From Octopus bimaculoides (lineage: Eukaryota), in NCBI RefSeq assembly GCF_001194135.2, contig NC_068981.1:81989940-82053939 (forward strand): DNA of 64,000 nt, in the 5' to 3' direction. Position numbers and translations under genes: made by a program. Positions within the stretch are counted from its first letter, which is position 1, and each line of letters begins with the position of its first letter. The notes beneath the pieces are model-generated. The model searched no databases and had not been told where the DNA came from. It worked only from the letters and a program-made list of their open reading frames with translations. Shown piece by piece: positions 38,574 through 50,453 of this stretch.

Positions 38574-38965
38574 GTGGAGGCACAATGGTCCAGTGGATAG
38601 GGCAGCGGACTCGCGGTCATAGGATCGCGGTTTCGATTCCTAGACCGGGCGTTGTGAGTGTTTATTGAGCGAAAACACCTAAAGCTCCATGAGGCACCGG
38701 CAGGGGATTGGTGGCGAACCCTGCTGTACTCTTTCACCACAACTTTCTCTCACTCTTACTTCCTGTTTCTGTTGTGCCTGTAATTCAAAGGGTCAGCCTT
38801 GTCACACTGTGTCACGCTGAATATCCCCGAGAACTACGTTAAGGGTACACGTGTCTGTGGAATGCTCAGCCACATGCACGTTAATTTCACGAGCAGGCTG
38901 TTCCGTTGATCGGATCAACTGGAGCCCTCGACGTCGTAAGTGACGGAGTGCCAACAACAACAACA
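38574..38965 (+). mobile_element. Full-length tRNA-derived SINE family C with a 12-bp TSD
   Basis: A box TGGTCCAGTGG, B box GGTTTCGATTCC, (CAA)n tail; TSD AAAGTCTCTACA at 38562-38573 and 38966-38977. The head is tRNA-Arg-like; identity with the published Octopus OR/OK SINEs is unverified. Confidence 0.93.
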
Positions 38966-39313
38966 AAAGTCTCTACATGATGAATTGACCAACTGAATGA
39001 CCTATTCATTAACCTAGCCTATTCATTAAATTAGCCTATAACTGGCTGAATATTCCACAGACTCGCGTACCTTCAACGCAATTCTCAGATAGATTCAGTG
39101 TGAAAAGGCTAGAGCATCGAATTACAGGTACAATTTCTTAATTCAACCAAAATGGAAAAAAAAACAACAAAACAAGACTAAAACAAAATAAAACGAAAAG
39201 AAAACAAAGGTAGCAAGAAGGATTGTGCATGATAAGTGCATGAAAGAAGAAGCCTTTGTGGTCTTATGACTACTTGCCAAGTATGCCGGAGATTTTAAAA
39301 ATTTGTCGGTGAT

Positions 39314-39735
39314 TGTTGTTGTTGCTGTTGGCACTCCGTCGCTTACGACGTCGAGGGTTCCAGTTGATCCGATCAACGGAACAGCCTGCTCGTGTAATTA
39401 ACGTGCAAGTGGCTGAGCACTCCCCACACACGTGTACCCTTAACGTAGTTCTCGGGGATATAAGGCTGGCCCTTTGAATTACAAACACAACAGAAACAGG
39501 AAGTAAGAGTGAGAGAAAGTTGTGATGAAAGAGTACAGCAGGGTTCGCCACCATCCCCTGCTGGATCCTCGTGGAGCTTTAGGTNNNNNNNNNNACCATC
39601 CCCTGCTGGATCCTCGTGGAGCTTTAGGTGTTTTCGCTCAATAAACACTCACAACGCCCGGCCTGGGAATCGAAACCGCGATCCTATTACCGCGAGTCCG
39701 CTGCCCTAACCCCTTGGCCATTGCACCTCCATTGC
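39314..39735 (-). mobile_element. SINE family C, inverted copy with a 9-bp TSD
   Basis: Reverse complement of 38574-38965 with an internal deletion; TSD GTCGGTGAT at 39305-39313 and 39736-39744; contains the 10-N gap at 39585-39594. Confidence 0.92.
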
Positions 39736-39859
39736 GTCGGTGATATATAGTCCATAAATGTATAGATTTCTTATGCACAAATTAATTATAGTTTTTCAGT
39801 TGAACTTTTAAGCTGGTGTAATGCAGGTGATGGCAGTAGGAATCCGCAGAAAAAGTTGT

Positions 39860-40110
39860 TAACGGTGTTTTATTATGTAGAGCTCAGAAAAGGAAAGTTT
39901 TGCCGGGGTGGATGAAAGAAATGCACTTTGTAGAACTGGTAGAAGGGACTACAGAACGTAGAGCTAAGACATGACGGAGCACAATGAAGGACTGGGAGAA
40001 GGTGGCGCACAATTTAGAAGTGGGAGCTGGGTGCGCACATTGTAAAGGTACGAGAAGGAGAGCATATTGTCAGAATAGTCTAAAACGCTAAATATACTAG
40101 CATCGACCAT
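39860..40110 (-). mobile_element. Possible decayed LINE ORF2 3' end
   Basis: LSFSYLYNVRTQLPLLNCAPP resembles the SLFYRYY.G.CSSEL...VPP terminal motif of CR1/Jockey-like LINEs; weak. Confidence 0.35.
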
Positions 40111-40194
40111 GAGATAACCATAATTATGAAAACAGCCACAGCTACAACAACGACCGCAGAAATAGTAAACAGTTAAATTATGCTGATCCACTGA

Positions 40195-40368
40195 AATCTA
40201 CAAGTTTTTCTTCATTATCTCTCTGTTTATTTTCTCTTATTCCTTTCTGTTGAAGAGCGTAGGTTCGAAACATAAAATACTTTTTCATTTTTCCTGAGCT
40301 TCAAACTAATACACTTGCTTGTTGTTCATACACCTGTCTTCGTCTTTTGTTTTTCTGTGAATCTCAAC
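40195..40368 (+). mobile_element. PLE-like terminal repeat, family 3, degraded hammerhead-like motif
   Basis: CTTT-CTGTTGA-A-GAGC-GTAG-GTTC-GAAA-CATA at 40243-40274; homologous to 52225-52450. Confidence 0.6.
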
Positions 40369-40469
40369 TATTTATATATAAATATATATATATATATATA
40401 TTGATAGAAAAACAACAAAAGAAAGAAAGAGACCGCGATATTATGTAAATAGATGAATTTATCTGTAAA

Positions 40470-40690
40470 AACATGTGACAATTATTCGGTAGCCATGATA
40501 AAACTCCGAGTTTCGGATGCCGGGCGGAAACCCACGCCGCCNNNNNNNNNNGCCATGATAAAACTCCGAGTTTCGGATGCCGGGCGGAAACCCACGCCGC
40601 CATCACTTCAGTTATCTGGCCATTGAAAATTCCTATGAAAATGACCGTTAAACAAAGGGAAATTACTGTGTGGTTGACCGTTATTAAGAC
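40470..40690 (-). mobile_element. Second copy of the PLE terminal region at 465-660
   Basis: Colinear with 465-625 (GTAGCCATGATAAAACTCCGAGTT..GAAAATGACCGTTAAA.CAAAGGGAAATTACTGTG). Confidence 0.85.
40557..40616 (-). ncRNA. Type I hammerhead-like motif, family 1 (core substitution CTGAAGA>CTGAAGT)
   Basis: GATAA-CTGAAGT-GATG..CATC-C-GAAA-CTCGGAG-T-T-TTATC; stem II differences from the 490-550 copy mostly preserve pairing. Confidence 0.6.
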
Positions 40691-41629
40691 AAAAGAGCTA
40701 TAAGAATGACTGTTAAGTGAGGGGAGGGAGTAAAGGTAAGAGAGTAAAAAAGTCCATAGTATTCGCGTAGGCGCACCAATCCATGCATACACATGCGCGC
40801 CCGCACACCCACGTACATGCGCCTATATGTCGATATTCATCCACCCTCGCTTGAAACACACACATGCTCACCCACACATTCGCCAAATGTATATATATTT
40901 TTCTTCATTATATATATANNNNNNNNNNNNNNNNNNNNNNNNNNNNNNNNNNNNNNNNNNNNNNNNNNNNNNNNNNNNNNNNNNNNNNNNNNNNNNNNNN
41001 NNNNNNNNNNNNNNNNNNNNNNNNNNNNNNNNNNNNNNNNNNNNNNNNNNNNNNNNNNNNNNNNNNNNNNNNNNNNNNNNNNNNNNNNNNNNNNNNNNNN
41101 NNNNNNNNNNNNNNNNNNNNNNNNNNNNNNNNNNNNNNNNNNNNNNNNNNNNNNNNNNNNNNNNNNNNNNNNNNNNNNNNNNNNNNNNNNNNNNNNNNNN
41201 NNNNNNNNNNNNNNNNNNNNNNNNNNNNNNNNNNNNNNNNNNNNNNNNNNNNNNNNNNNNNNNNNNNNNNNNNNNNNNNNNNNNNNNNNNNNNNNNNNNN
41301 NNNNNNNNNNNNNNNNNNNNNNNNNNNNNNNNNNNNNNNNNNNNNNNNNNNNNNNNNNNNNNNNNNNNNNNNNNNNNNNNNNNNNNNNNNNNNNNNNNNN
41401 NNNNNNNNNNNNNNNNNNNNNNNNNNNNNNNNNNNNNNNNNNNNNNNNNNNNNNNNNNNNNNNNNNNNNNNNNNNNNNNNNNNNNNNNNNNNNNNNNNNN
41501 NNNNNNNNNNNNNNNNNNNNNNNNNNNNNNNNNNNNNNNNNNNNNNNNNNNNNNNNNNNNNNNNNNATATTAACAATCATCTCAATAGCAAGCCATTAAA
41601 AAAAAATAATATAAAGTATCAAAAGAGCA

Positions 41630-41906
41630 TCATAATTACCAGTAGCAGCAGCATAACCATCACCACCACCACCACCACCACCACCACCGCCACAACCATC
41701 AACTGCAACAATAACAACAACAGTTAGAACTAGAGCCTTAAAGGTAAGCAGAAGGGGGAAATAAGCTATGTAAATATAACTAAAAGCAAGAAACATCAGA
41801 CTCAACAACAGTCACTACAAATACTAAAATATCGACAGCAATAACCTAACCGCATCAACCACCACCACCAGCACCACTACTACTACCACTACTACTACTA
41901 CTATTA

Positions 41907-41954
<48 letters not shown>

Positions 41955-42027
41955 ATATCACCACTACCACCACCACCTTAACTATCATACGCACCACCAC
42001 TACTTCTACAACTACCACCACCACCAA

Positions 42028-42080
<53 letters not shown>

Positions 42081-42240
42081 ACATCATCACCACCACCACC
42101 ACCAGCATAACTATCATACGCCCCACCACAACTAGTACCACCACCACTACTTCTACAACTACCACCAACACTACTACTACAACTACTACTAAAACAAAGG
42201 CAAAGACAACAGCAGCAACAGCAGCAGCAGCAGCGGCTGT
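41630..42240. repeat. Compound trinucleotide tract (ACC/ACT/GCA)n
   Basis: Direct reading; source of the poly-Val ORF. Confidence 0.95.
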
Positions 42241-42679
42241 AGGAACAGTTTCCCCCTGGTCATAATAATAGTAATTATGAGATTAGTAGCTCAATGATAA
42301 TTGTTGGTAATTGAACGTGTCGTATTTAAAGTGTTTTATGAGACGTATTGATTGTAAGTCGTGTTAATGGCAAACTAAGTGTGAAAGGGAAGTAAATGAA
42401 TGGGGGGGGGGGATGACCAAATAGGTGTTGCTGCTGTTATTGTTATTTGTAGCGGTGGTGGTGGTGGTGGTGGTGTTGCTTATATTGGAACGCGAAGAAA
42501 AGGGAAGTGTGTGAGGTGATAGTAAAGCTTTCAATTTAACTGGCATCAACGTCAGTCAAAACCGAAATAAAAGAATGAGTTCATTCAAGTCTTTGGACAT
42601 ATCGATGATAATCCACTCCTTCAGTATTCCCCTCTGCCGTACGATGCATACGCTACACACAATCGTACGTGCGCGCACA

Positions 42680-42860
42680 CACATACACACACACACACTC
42701 TCTCTCTTTCACTCTCATATATAAACATAATACACACATACATAAATACATACATACATACATACATACATACATGCATACATAGGCACGTAATTTCATT
42801 TCTATACATGCACACAAACAAACATGTCTCTCTGCATGCAAACATGCCTTCTGTCCTTTC

Positions 42861-42901
<41 letters not shown>

Positions 42902-42941
42902 GTATCTCTCTCTCTCTCTGTGTCTGTCTCTGTCTGTATTC

Positions 42942-43013
<72 letters not shown>

Positions 43014-43015
43014 GC

Positions 43016-43052
<37 letters not shown>

Positions 43053-43397
43053 GTCTCTCCCTCTGTCTCTGTCTCTTACCTTCGTTCTTTCTCATTACTG
43101 AAATCTACGTTCTATCTATCGAGCTTTTCCTCTTTGTACGCACACATATGCATACATATATGTACATATATACATATCTACATACATAGTGCAAGCATAC
43201 ATTCATACATTTACACGTGTGTCTGTGTATATTTGTATGCATATATTGTTGTTATTGTTGATCAACAACATAATTATATATGTATATGTAAATAAATATT
43301 TATATGTTTATGTGTGTGATTGTGTTTGTGGATGTGTATATACGCACACACATATATGTATATATATGCGTGTGTTTGAGCTCTCGTGCGCACACAC

Positions 43398-43428
<31 letters not shown>

Positions 43429-43430
43429 TG
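42680..43430. repeat. (CA)n, (TACA)n, (TCTG)n, (TATG)n microsatellites
   Basis: Direct reading. Confidence 0.93.
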
Positions 43431-43626
43431 TATGTAGTACTCTTTTCGTAGTTTCCATCATTTGGTTGCGGTTATACTGTGAGACTGGGTTGAAGTCTAA
43501 CTAATCAAATCCATCCTAGTACTTTAAGGTGCTTAGTCTATCCCTAAACGCTTAGCTGACCCGCAAAATTACGGGCGTATAAAGAAACAAACAACGGTAA
43601 TCAAGTCGCGTAAGACAAATACAAAC

Positions 43627-43663
<37 letters not shown>

Positions 43664-43699
43664 ACACACACACACACGCACACACGCACAGAACATACT

Positions 43700-45100
43700 C
43701 GCATACATGAAGTTCACTTCGCACAACATGAGGTCCACCAGGGTTGATGCTACATTGTGACATGTTGGACAGGAGGTATTTTCTATTGCCCCAAGTCGAT
43801 CCATTCCCTGTAAGTGAAATTGGGTTGATGGAAACAGTATTGAATCCCGTCGGATCATCGTACATGTAATTCGAAAGTGCAGTCTTGTCACACACAATTT
43901 ATCACATAGATTCGTCTTGCAACTTATATGAAACGTGCACTTGTCTATGGAATGCCCAGCCACTTACAGGCTTATTCAATGGGCAGGTAATTCAGTTGAT
44001 CAAAACAACTGAAATATTGTAGTCAACACCGACGTGTTTCTCCCACCCGTTTGCGCCTTTCAGTCTGTTTTGTCTTTTGCTAGCGTGTTTATTCCCATTT
44101 CTCTTTTGCTTTTGTTACCTGTTGCCTATAGGTTTCTTTTTCTTCACCTTCGTCACAGGACATGCCCGAGTGGTCCAAGACATGGAAGGGCATATATTGG
44201 CGGTGTCATAGTATTTTTGTCTTTGTTGTTATTTTATTGGCTTTCAATTACAACGATGCTGGTGATATGCTGGGTCTTGAGGGTGGTGTTTCTTTTGTTG
44301 CAGTTGCTTGCAGTGTTGTAGCTGCTGCTGCTTTTACTACAACCTTTGCTGCTGCGCGTTTTAGTGTTTCTGTCACTGTCAATTTTGCCATTGTGACAGT
44401 GCTCTGGCGTTGGTTCTCCTGTTGTTTGTGTTGTAGGTGTTGTTACTGTTGTGGTGATGGTATCGGCAGAAATGGGGGCGGATGTCTTTCCTCTTTGCTG
44501 TGAACGGAAAGTCTTGAGATGGTTTCTCTTATTACACGAGTGACACCTTGACTTTCTGTCCTCAAAGTTCTGTGCAGCCTGACAGATTAATCAATTCCAG
44601 GATGGATTCCATACTTTTATAATACGTTTGAATCAATATCTCCATCACTTCGCCCGGTAAAGTTTTGTTCTGCATCTTCTGAACCTGAAAATTTTAGTTT
44701 TGTCATCAATATCGCAGAGAACCACCGCCTCCATTTAGCAGATATTTACTCATTGGAGCACATCGACAATCTCTATCCTTACTACTCTGCCACCAAGGTA
44801 CATTGTTATGATAGCCAGTTAGTATTTCTTTAGTGCTGTTGAGGAGTGTTTCCTGGCCTCGTCTATTGTCGTGCGTTTCATCTATTTTGTACTGTATACT
44901 TCCCCAGTTAGTAACATATGTTTTGATACGCGAAATCAATTTGCGCAGTATTTTCTATTTGCTGCTGTGTTGCTTGTTCTATTTTCGTTCTTTTTATTCC
45001 TAACCTTTTATAACTTACAGTTTTCAGATTGGTATCTTGTCGGGTGGATTTTGGAATGTTTAATTCTATGTTTTGGCCAGACTTCGTAAGCATGTTTTAA
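43700..45100 (-). mobile_element. Decayed non-LTR retrotransposon ORF1 (gag-like, zinc knuckle)
   Basis: The minus strand gives MYLGGRVVRIEIVDV, then FEDRKSRCHSCNKRNHL (degenerate CCHC knuckle, about 44510-44560), a T/P-rich linker, a basic KTKQTERRKR stretch and a decayed C-terminal domain; many stops and frameshifts. Confidence 0.55.
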
Positions 45101-45547
45101 GCATTTTTCTTTAATTTTTTGAAAGATAATTATATTTCCTCCTCATGTTGCTGGTCAGTTGCGAACCGGGTAATTTTGGATTTGTTAATTGTGATGTCTT
45201 GATTTTTTTTTGTATTACTTTTAATAATAGTGGTGATAAAGGTGGAATTTTCAATTTGATTGTATTTTTTTCTTTCCGTTTTTTGCGCTATTGGTTGTCG
45301 TTGACACTGCTATTTTTGTTCATAATTTCTTTATTAACGAGTAGTACTGAGAAATTGGTAATATAGTGGCTGGTGGAAAGGCTATTTGAAGCCATATGGT
45401 TGGCACTTCACAAAATGAACTAGCCTCTGAGAAAGCAGGGTTGGCTTGATAACAATTTAGTATAACAAAAGCCGGAAATTACTTTCCTCAAAACAACATT
45501 ATTCAATAACAATTATGATCTCCAAAAGGTTGTCTTTCCCTTGTTAA

Positions 45548-45549
45548 CA

Positions 45550-45614
<65 letters not shown>

Positions 45615-45630
45615 TAATAATAATTATAAT
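45548..45630. repeat. (AAT)n microsatellite
   Basis: Direct reading. Confidence 0.95.
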
Positions 45631-45634
45631 AATC

Positions 45635-46082
45635 CTTTCTACCGGAGGCACAAGGCCTTGAATTTGGGGGGAGGGGACAAGGCGATTACATCGACCCCCC
45701 AGAGTGTCACTGTGGTACTTAATTCATCGACCCCGAAAGGATAAAAAGCAAAGTCAACCTCGGCGGAATTTGAACACAGAACGTAGCGACGGACGAAATG
45801 CCAGTAAGCATTTCTCCCGGTGTGCTAACGATTCTCTTAGCTTGCCGCCTTCAATAATGATAATAATAACAATAATTGTTTAATATTTCGGCACAAGGCC
45901 GGCAACATTTGAGGGGAAGTGTTCCGTCGATACCATCATCTCCATGATAGACAGGTACTTTATTTTATTGATCTCAGAAGAACGAAGAGCAACGTTGCCT
46001 TAGGTAAGATCCGAACTGAGAACGTAAAGAGCCGGAACAAATATTGCAAAGCATTTTTCTGACGCTCTAACGCTTCTGCCCA
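45635..46082 (-). mobile_element. Two tandem SINE B copies
   Basis: About 45635-45850 (well preserved) and about 45880-46082 (degenerate). Confidence 0.85.
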
Positions 46083-46613
46083 TCCATTGTTCTAATAACA
46101 ACAACGATAGTAATAGCAGTAGTTAATAATTACCGAGTGATTAGCAAGCTTTTCATTCTAGCCAGGAAGTTAATATAATCGATCAATGTTCTAAAACAAT
46201 ATAGTTTATTTATTTTCGTTTTCTTTTAATAATGAATGGTGATAGAAAAGAGATTAACCAATAATCCGAAAATTACTCAACGAAAACTAATTTCTTTCCG
46301 GATATAGCTTGAAAAAAGTGTGAGAAAACAGCTTAAAGGACGACAACAATAATGACTACAACCGCAAAAACAATATCCTCAACAACAACAACGTCACTGG
46401 TTATAAGAATATAAATACTAATAACAAAACACGATTAGGAGTGCGGTTCTTGCTCGCCTCTTGCTTTTGCAAATGCTATATATTCTTTTTCTTTCCATTG
46501 AATTTTACTTCCAATCTGCATTTAATCAGCATGTTCTACGTACACATACATAAACATGAGTCTTAGAAACTTACTCATACAGGTGCATGTATACGTACAC
46601 TGATTAATACATG

Positions 46614-46652
<39 letters not shown>

Positions 46653-46703
46653 CTTTTACTCTTTTACTCTTTNNNNNNNNNNACGTACACTGATTAATAC
46701 ATG

Positions 46704-46742
<39 letters not shown>

Positions 46743-46744
46743 CT

Positions 46745-46961
46745 TTTACTCTTTTACTCTTTTTAGTCATTTGACTGCGGCCATGCTGGAGCACCGTCTT
46801 TATAGTCGAGCAAATCGACTCAGAGCTCATTCTTTGTAAGCCTAGTACTTATTCTATCGGTCTCTTATGCCGAACCGCTACGTTACGGGGATGTAAACAC
46901 ACCAGCATCGGTTGTCAAGAAATGCTGGGGTGGGGGACAAACAGACACACAAACACACACA
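46745..46961 (-). mobile_element. SINE family A 3' half running into a gap
   Basis: GTCATTTGACTGCGGCCATGCTGGAGCACCG..CTTTGTAAGCCTAGTACTTATTCTATCGGTCTC..CACCAGCATCGGTTGTCAAG. Confidence 0.9.
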
Positions 46962-47716
46962 NNNNNNNNNNNNNNNNNNNNNNNNNNNNNNNNNNNNNNN
47001 NNNNNNNNNNNNNNNNNNNNNNNNNNNNNNNNNNNNNNNNNNNNNNNNNNNNNNNNNNNNNNNNNNNNNNNNNNNNNNNNNNNNNNNNNNNNNNNNNNNN
47101 NNNNNNNNNNNNNNNNNNNNNNNNNNNNNNNNNNNNNNNNNNNNNNNNNNNNNNNNNNNNNNNNNNNNNNNNNNNNNNNNNNNNNNNNNNNNNNNNNNNN
47201 NNNNNNNNNNNNNNNNNNNNNNNNNNNNNNNNNNNNNNNNNNNNNNNNNNNNNNNNNNNNNNNNNNNNNNNNNNNNNNNNNNNNNNNNNNNNNNNNNNNN
47301 NNNNNNNNNNNNNNNNNNNNNNNNNNNNNNNNNNNNNNNNNNNNNNNNNNNNNNNNNNNNNNNNNNNNNNNNNNNNNNNNNNNNNNNNNNNNNNNNNNNN
47401 NNNNNNNNNNNNNNNNNNNNNNNNNNNNNNNNNNNNNNNNNNNNNNNNNNNNNNNNNNNNNNNNNNNNNNNNNNNNNNNNNNNNNNNNNNNNNNNNNNNN
47501 NNNNNNNNNNNNNNNNNNNNNNNNNNNNNNNNNNNNNNNNNNNNNNNNNNNNNNNNNNNNNNNNNNNNNNNNNNNNNNNNNNNNNNNNNNNNNNNNNNNN
47601 NNNNNNNNNNNNNNNNNNNNNNNNNNNNNNNNNNNNNNNNNNNNNNNNNNNNNNNNNNNNNNNNNNNNNNNNNNNNNNNNNNNNNNNNNNNNNNNNNNNN
47701 NNNNNNNNNNNNNNNN

Positions 47717-48040
47717 AAAGGAAGAAAGTCAACGTTGACCTCGGCGGAATTTGAACTCAGAACGTAAAGACAGACGAAATACCGCTAAGCATTTCGCCCG
47801 GTGTGCTAACGTTTCTTATTTCTTTATTGCCCACAAGGGGCTAAACATAGAGGGGACAAACAAGGACAGACAAAGGGATTAAGTCGATTATATAGACTCC
47901 AGTGGTACTTATTTAATCGACCCCGAAAGGATGAAAGGCAAATCGACCTCGGCGGAATTTGAACTCAGAACGTAGCGGCAGACGAAATACCGCATAGCAT
48001 TTCGCCAGGCGTGCTACCGTTTCTGCCAGCTCGCTGCCTT
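47717..48040 (-). mobile_element. Long-tailed SINE B fused to a second B body
   Basis: The minus-strand tail GGCAATAAAGAAATAAGAA is followed directly by ACGTTAGCAC of another B copy (junction about 47806-47820). Confidence 0.9.
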
Positions 48041-48136
48041 ATTTGAAGTACAAATATAACGGGATGAAATTGGATATCCAGAAGTATTTGTCTTGCACTT
48101 TAGCGATTCTGTTATACATCATGCTGTAAATTTTAT

Positions 48137-48212
<76 letters not shown>

Positions 48213-48213
<1 letters not shown>

Positions 48214-49074
48214 AACAATATATGAGTATATGCATATATATGTACATGTATGTATATACGTTCATCTACATGTACATACAGATACATAACTGGGTACATG
48301 ACGTGGCAAAAGAACAAGGACAAAATGGTAAACAAGGTGCAACAAACATGCAGGCCACATAGAAACATCCCCTTCATTAGCTGCCACCATTAAAACTCCG
48401 GCGTTTCGAAGAATTAAGGCAGTATGCATCGTTAAAATGGATCTTCCCACGAATACAAATTAAATTGTTATCGAGGAGGGTAGTGGCGGACGGAAAACAA
48501 GACAGGAAAACGAAACGGTGAAATAAACAAACAAAAAGGCTGTATAGCCAGACGTGAAGTGTGTATGTCTTGAACGCTGTGAAGCACGTACAGGAGGGGC
48601 AAAGAAGTACGTGCGAGCCTGGTGATTCCAAGAACGAAAAGATATAGCAGCCGGATACACATGACCAAGGCTGTGTGAAGAGAAAGAGTAGCAGAGGGAA
48701 AAGGAGGGAAGGAAGTAGAATAAAAGTGAGCAACGAGAGGTAGAGAGAGAGAGAGATATAGTAGTAGTAACGGTGAGAGGCGAAGGACGAGTAACAAAAG
48801 ATAGAGAGAGAGAGCGAGAAGTAGTGACAGGTAGAGGCGAAGAACAGTAGAGGGAAGAATGAGAGGGGGAGATAGAAATAGAGAGAGTCGCGTTAGAAAA
48901 ATAGTTAAAACTTACTGTATAAAGGTAACGCGTGCGTTCTGTCGTGGTACAAACAATATATGAGTATATGCATATATATGTACATGTATGTATATACGTT
49001 CATCTACATGTACATATAGATACATAACTGGGTACATGACGTGGCAAAACAACAAGGACAAAATGGTAAACAAG
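48213..49074 (-). mobile_element. PLE-like element bounded by 124-bp direct repeats
   Basis: 48213-48336 and 48951-49074 differ at 2 positions. Inside is a degenerate hammerhead-like motif at 48387-48440 (CCATT..AA/TTAATGG stem I, GAAA-CGCCGGAG-TT) and CTAATGAAGGGG just downstream. Confidence 0.6.
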
Positions 49075-49654
49075 AATTATAAGTTTTCATCGTATTTTGA
49101 CTATAGAGAATAGCCTAATATTAGGGCATATAAACTCCGATAGGGGAAAAAATGGTATTAGAACGCGCTGGAAACAAAACCACACTACTTATTTTCAATA
49201 TAAGTGTACTGACCTATTATATATTTATATATGTCATAGATAACAATTCCGTTCCGAAGTAAAACACCATTTGTTGCGCAATCGAAGGATATTCTTTCTG
49301 ATAGAAATGATTACAAAATCTCTAGAAGCACGGAACACATTGGATAATCCAATTCTTTGATGTAGAAAAAAAAACCGGTCTACTCATGCTGTTTCAGGTT
49401 TTGACCAAATACCTTCTAAATAGCGATTTCGCTAGAGAAGTACAACAACTACAACTTCTTGAGGCATGCAATTGGTATAACGACCTTATTGCGTTAATTG
49501 ATACTCATTCTGTCATGCTCCAGGAAACCGAAAGTGAGAGCGAATCTTGTAGCAGTTGAAAGAGCAAAGAAAAGCGGAAGACAAACTCTTATAGAAGAGC
49601 TGTAGAACTTCTATGAGGCTGTCTCAAAGAATACACATTAATAATCCTTTCTAC

Positions 49655-49977
49655 TATAAGCACAAGATCAGGAATTTGTGGAGAGGGCAATAGTCGAAGA
49701 CGGACGAAATACTGCTAAGCATTTCGCCCGGTGTGCTAACGCTTCTTATTTCATTACTGCCCACAAGAGGCTACACACAGAGGGGACAAACAAGGACAGA
49801 CAAACGGATTAAGTCGACTATATCGACTCCAGTGCGTAAGTGGTACTTATTTAATCGACCCTGAAAGGATGAAAGGCAAAGTCGACCTCGGCGGAATTTG
49901 AACTCAGAACGTAGCGGCAGACGAAATACCGATAAGCATTTCGCCCGGTGTGCTATCGTTTCTGCCAGCTCGCCGAC
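49655..49977 (-). mobile_element. Long-tailed SINE B fused to a second, deleted B copy
   Basis: The tail GGCAGTAATGAAATAAGAA is followed by GCGTTAGCAC (junction about 49736-49750). Confidence 0.9.
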
Positions 49978-50004
49978 TTACATTACGCATTAATAATAAC
50001 CGCA

Positions 50005-50192
50005 AAGCGGCGAACTGGCAGAAACGTTACCAAACCGGACGAAATGTTTAGAAGTATTTTGTCTGCCGCTACGTTCGAGGTCGACTTTGCCTTTCGAGTC
50101 GATAAATTAAGTACCGTTTGCGTACTGGGGTCGATCTAATCGACTGGCCCCGCTCCCCCAATATTTCGGGCCTTGTGCCTACAGTAGAAAAG
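50005..50192 (+). mobile_element. SINE family B, head-to-head with the previous copy
   Basis: GCGGCGAACTGGCAGAAACGTTA..GAGGTCGACTTTGCCTTTC..GTCGATAAATTAAGTACC. Confidence 0.88.
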
Positions 50193-50404
50193 ATTTATAA
50201 TAATTGCTTTTGTTTTGTTTTTGCTTGTTGAAGGAGACTGTCGCTTGAACTCATGGAAATAGAATCCAAATTTCTAGTAAATCTTATCCTTCTTGAATAA
50301 GGAAATGCTATGCTTGCACGTAACCTTCAAGGAAAGGGAACGATTATAACTGGAATGCCAGTGATTACGTCTGCTCGATTAGGGCTGACCTCAAAGTTCT
50401 GCTA

Positions 50405-50408
50405 CTGG

Positions 50409-50453
<45 letters not shown>

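Noticed and set aside
38574-38650. tRNA gene
   Set aside because: A and B boxes are present, but the sequence continues into a SINE body with TSDs and the acceptor stem does not close.
40491-40616. Apparent tandem (dimeric) hammerhead copies
   Set aside because: The duplicate flanks a 10-N gap and is identical. The same pattern occurs at 39550-39629 and 46593-46762, which points to unmerged contig overlaps rather than a real dimer.
43707-43807. 101-nt candidate minus-strand exon (TTTCACTTACAG acceptor, GTATGC donor; GMDRLGAIENTSCPTCHNVASTLVDLMLCEVNF)
   Set aside because: Two frames are open and neither matches a protein I recognise; the resemblance to NTR or saposin CxxC starts is superficial. 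The third frame continues the adjacent LINE ORF1 remnant. Spliced RNA-seq reads would reopen the question.
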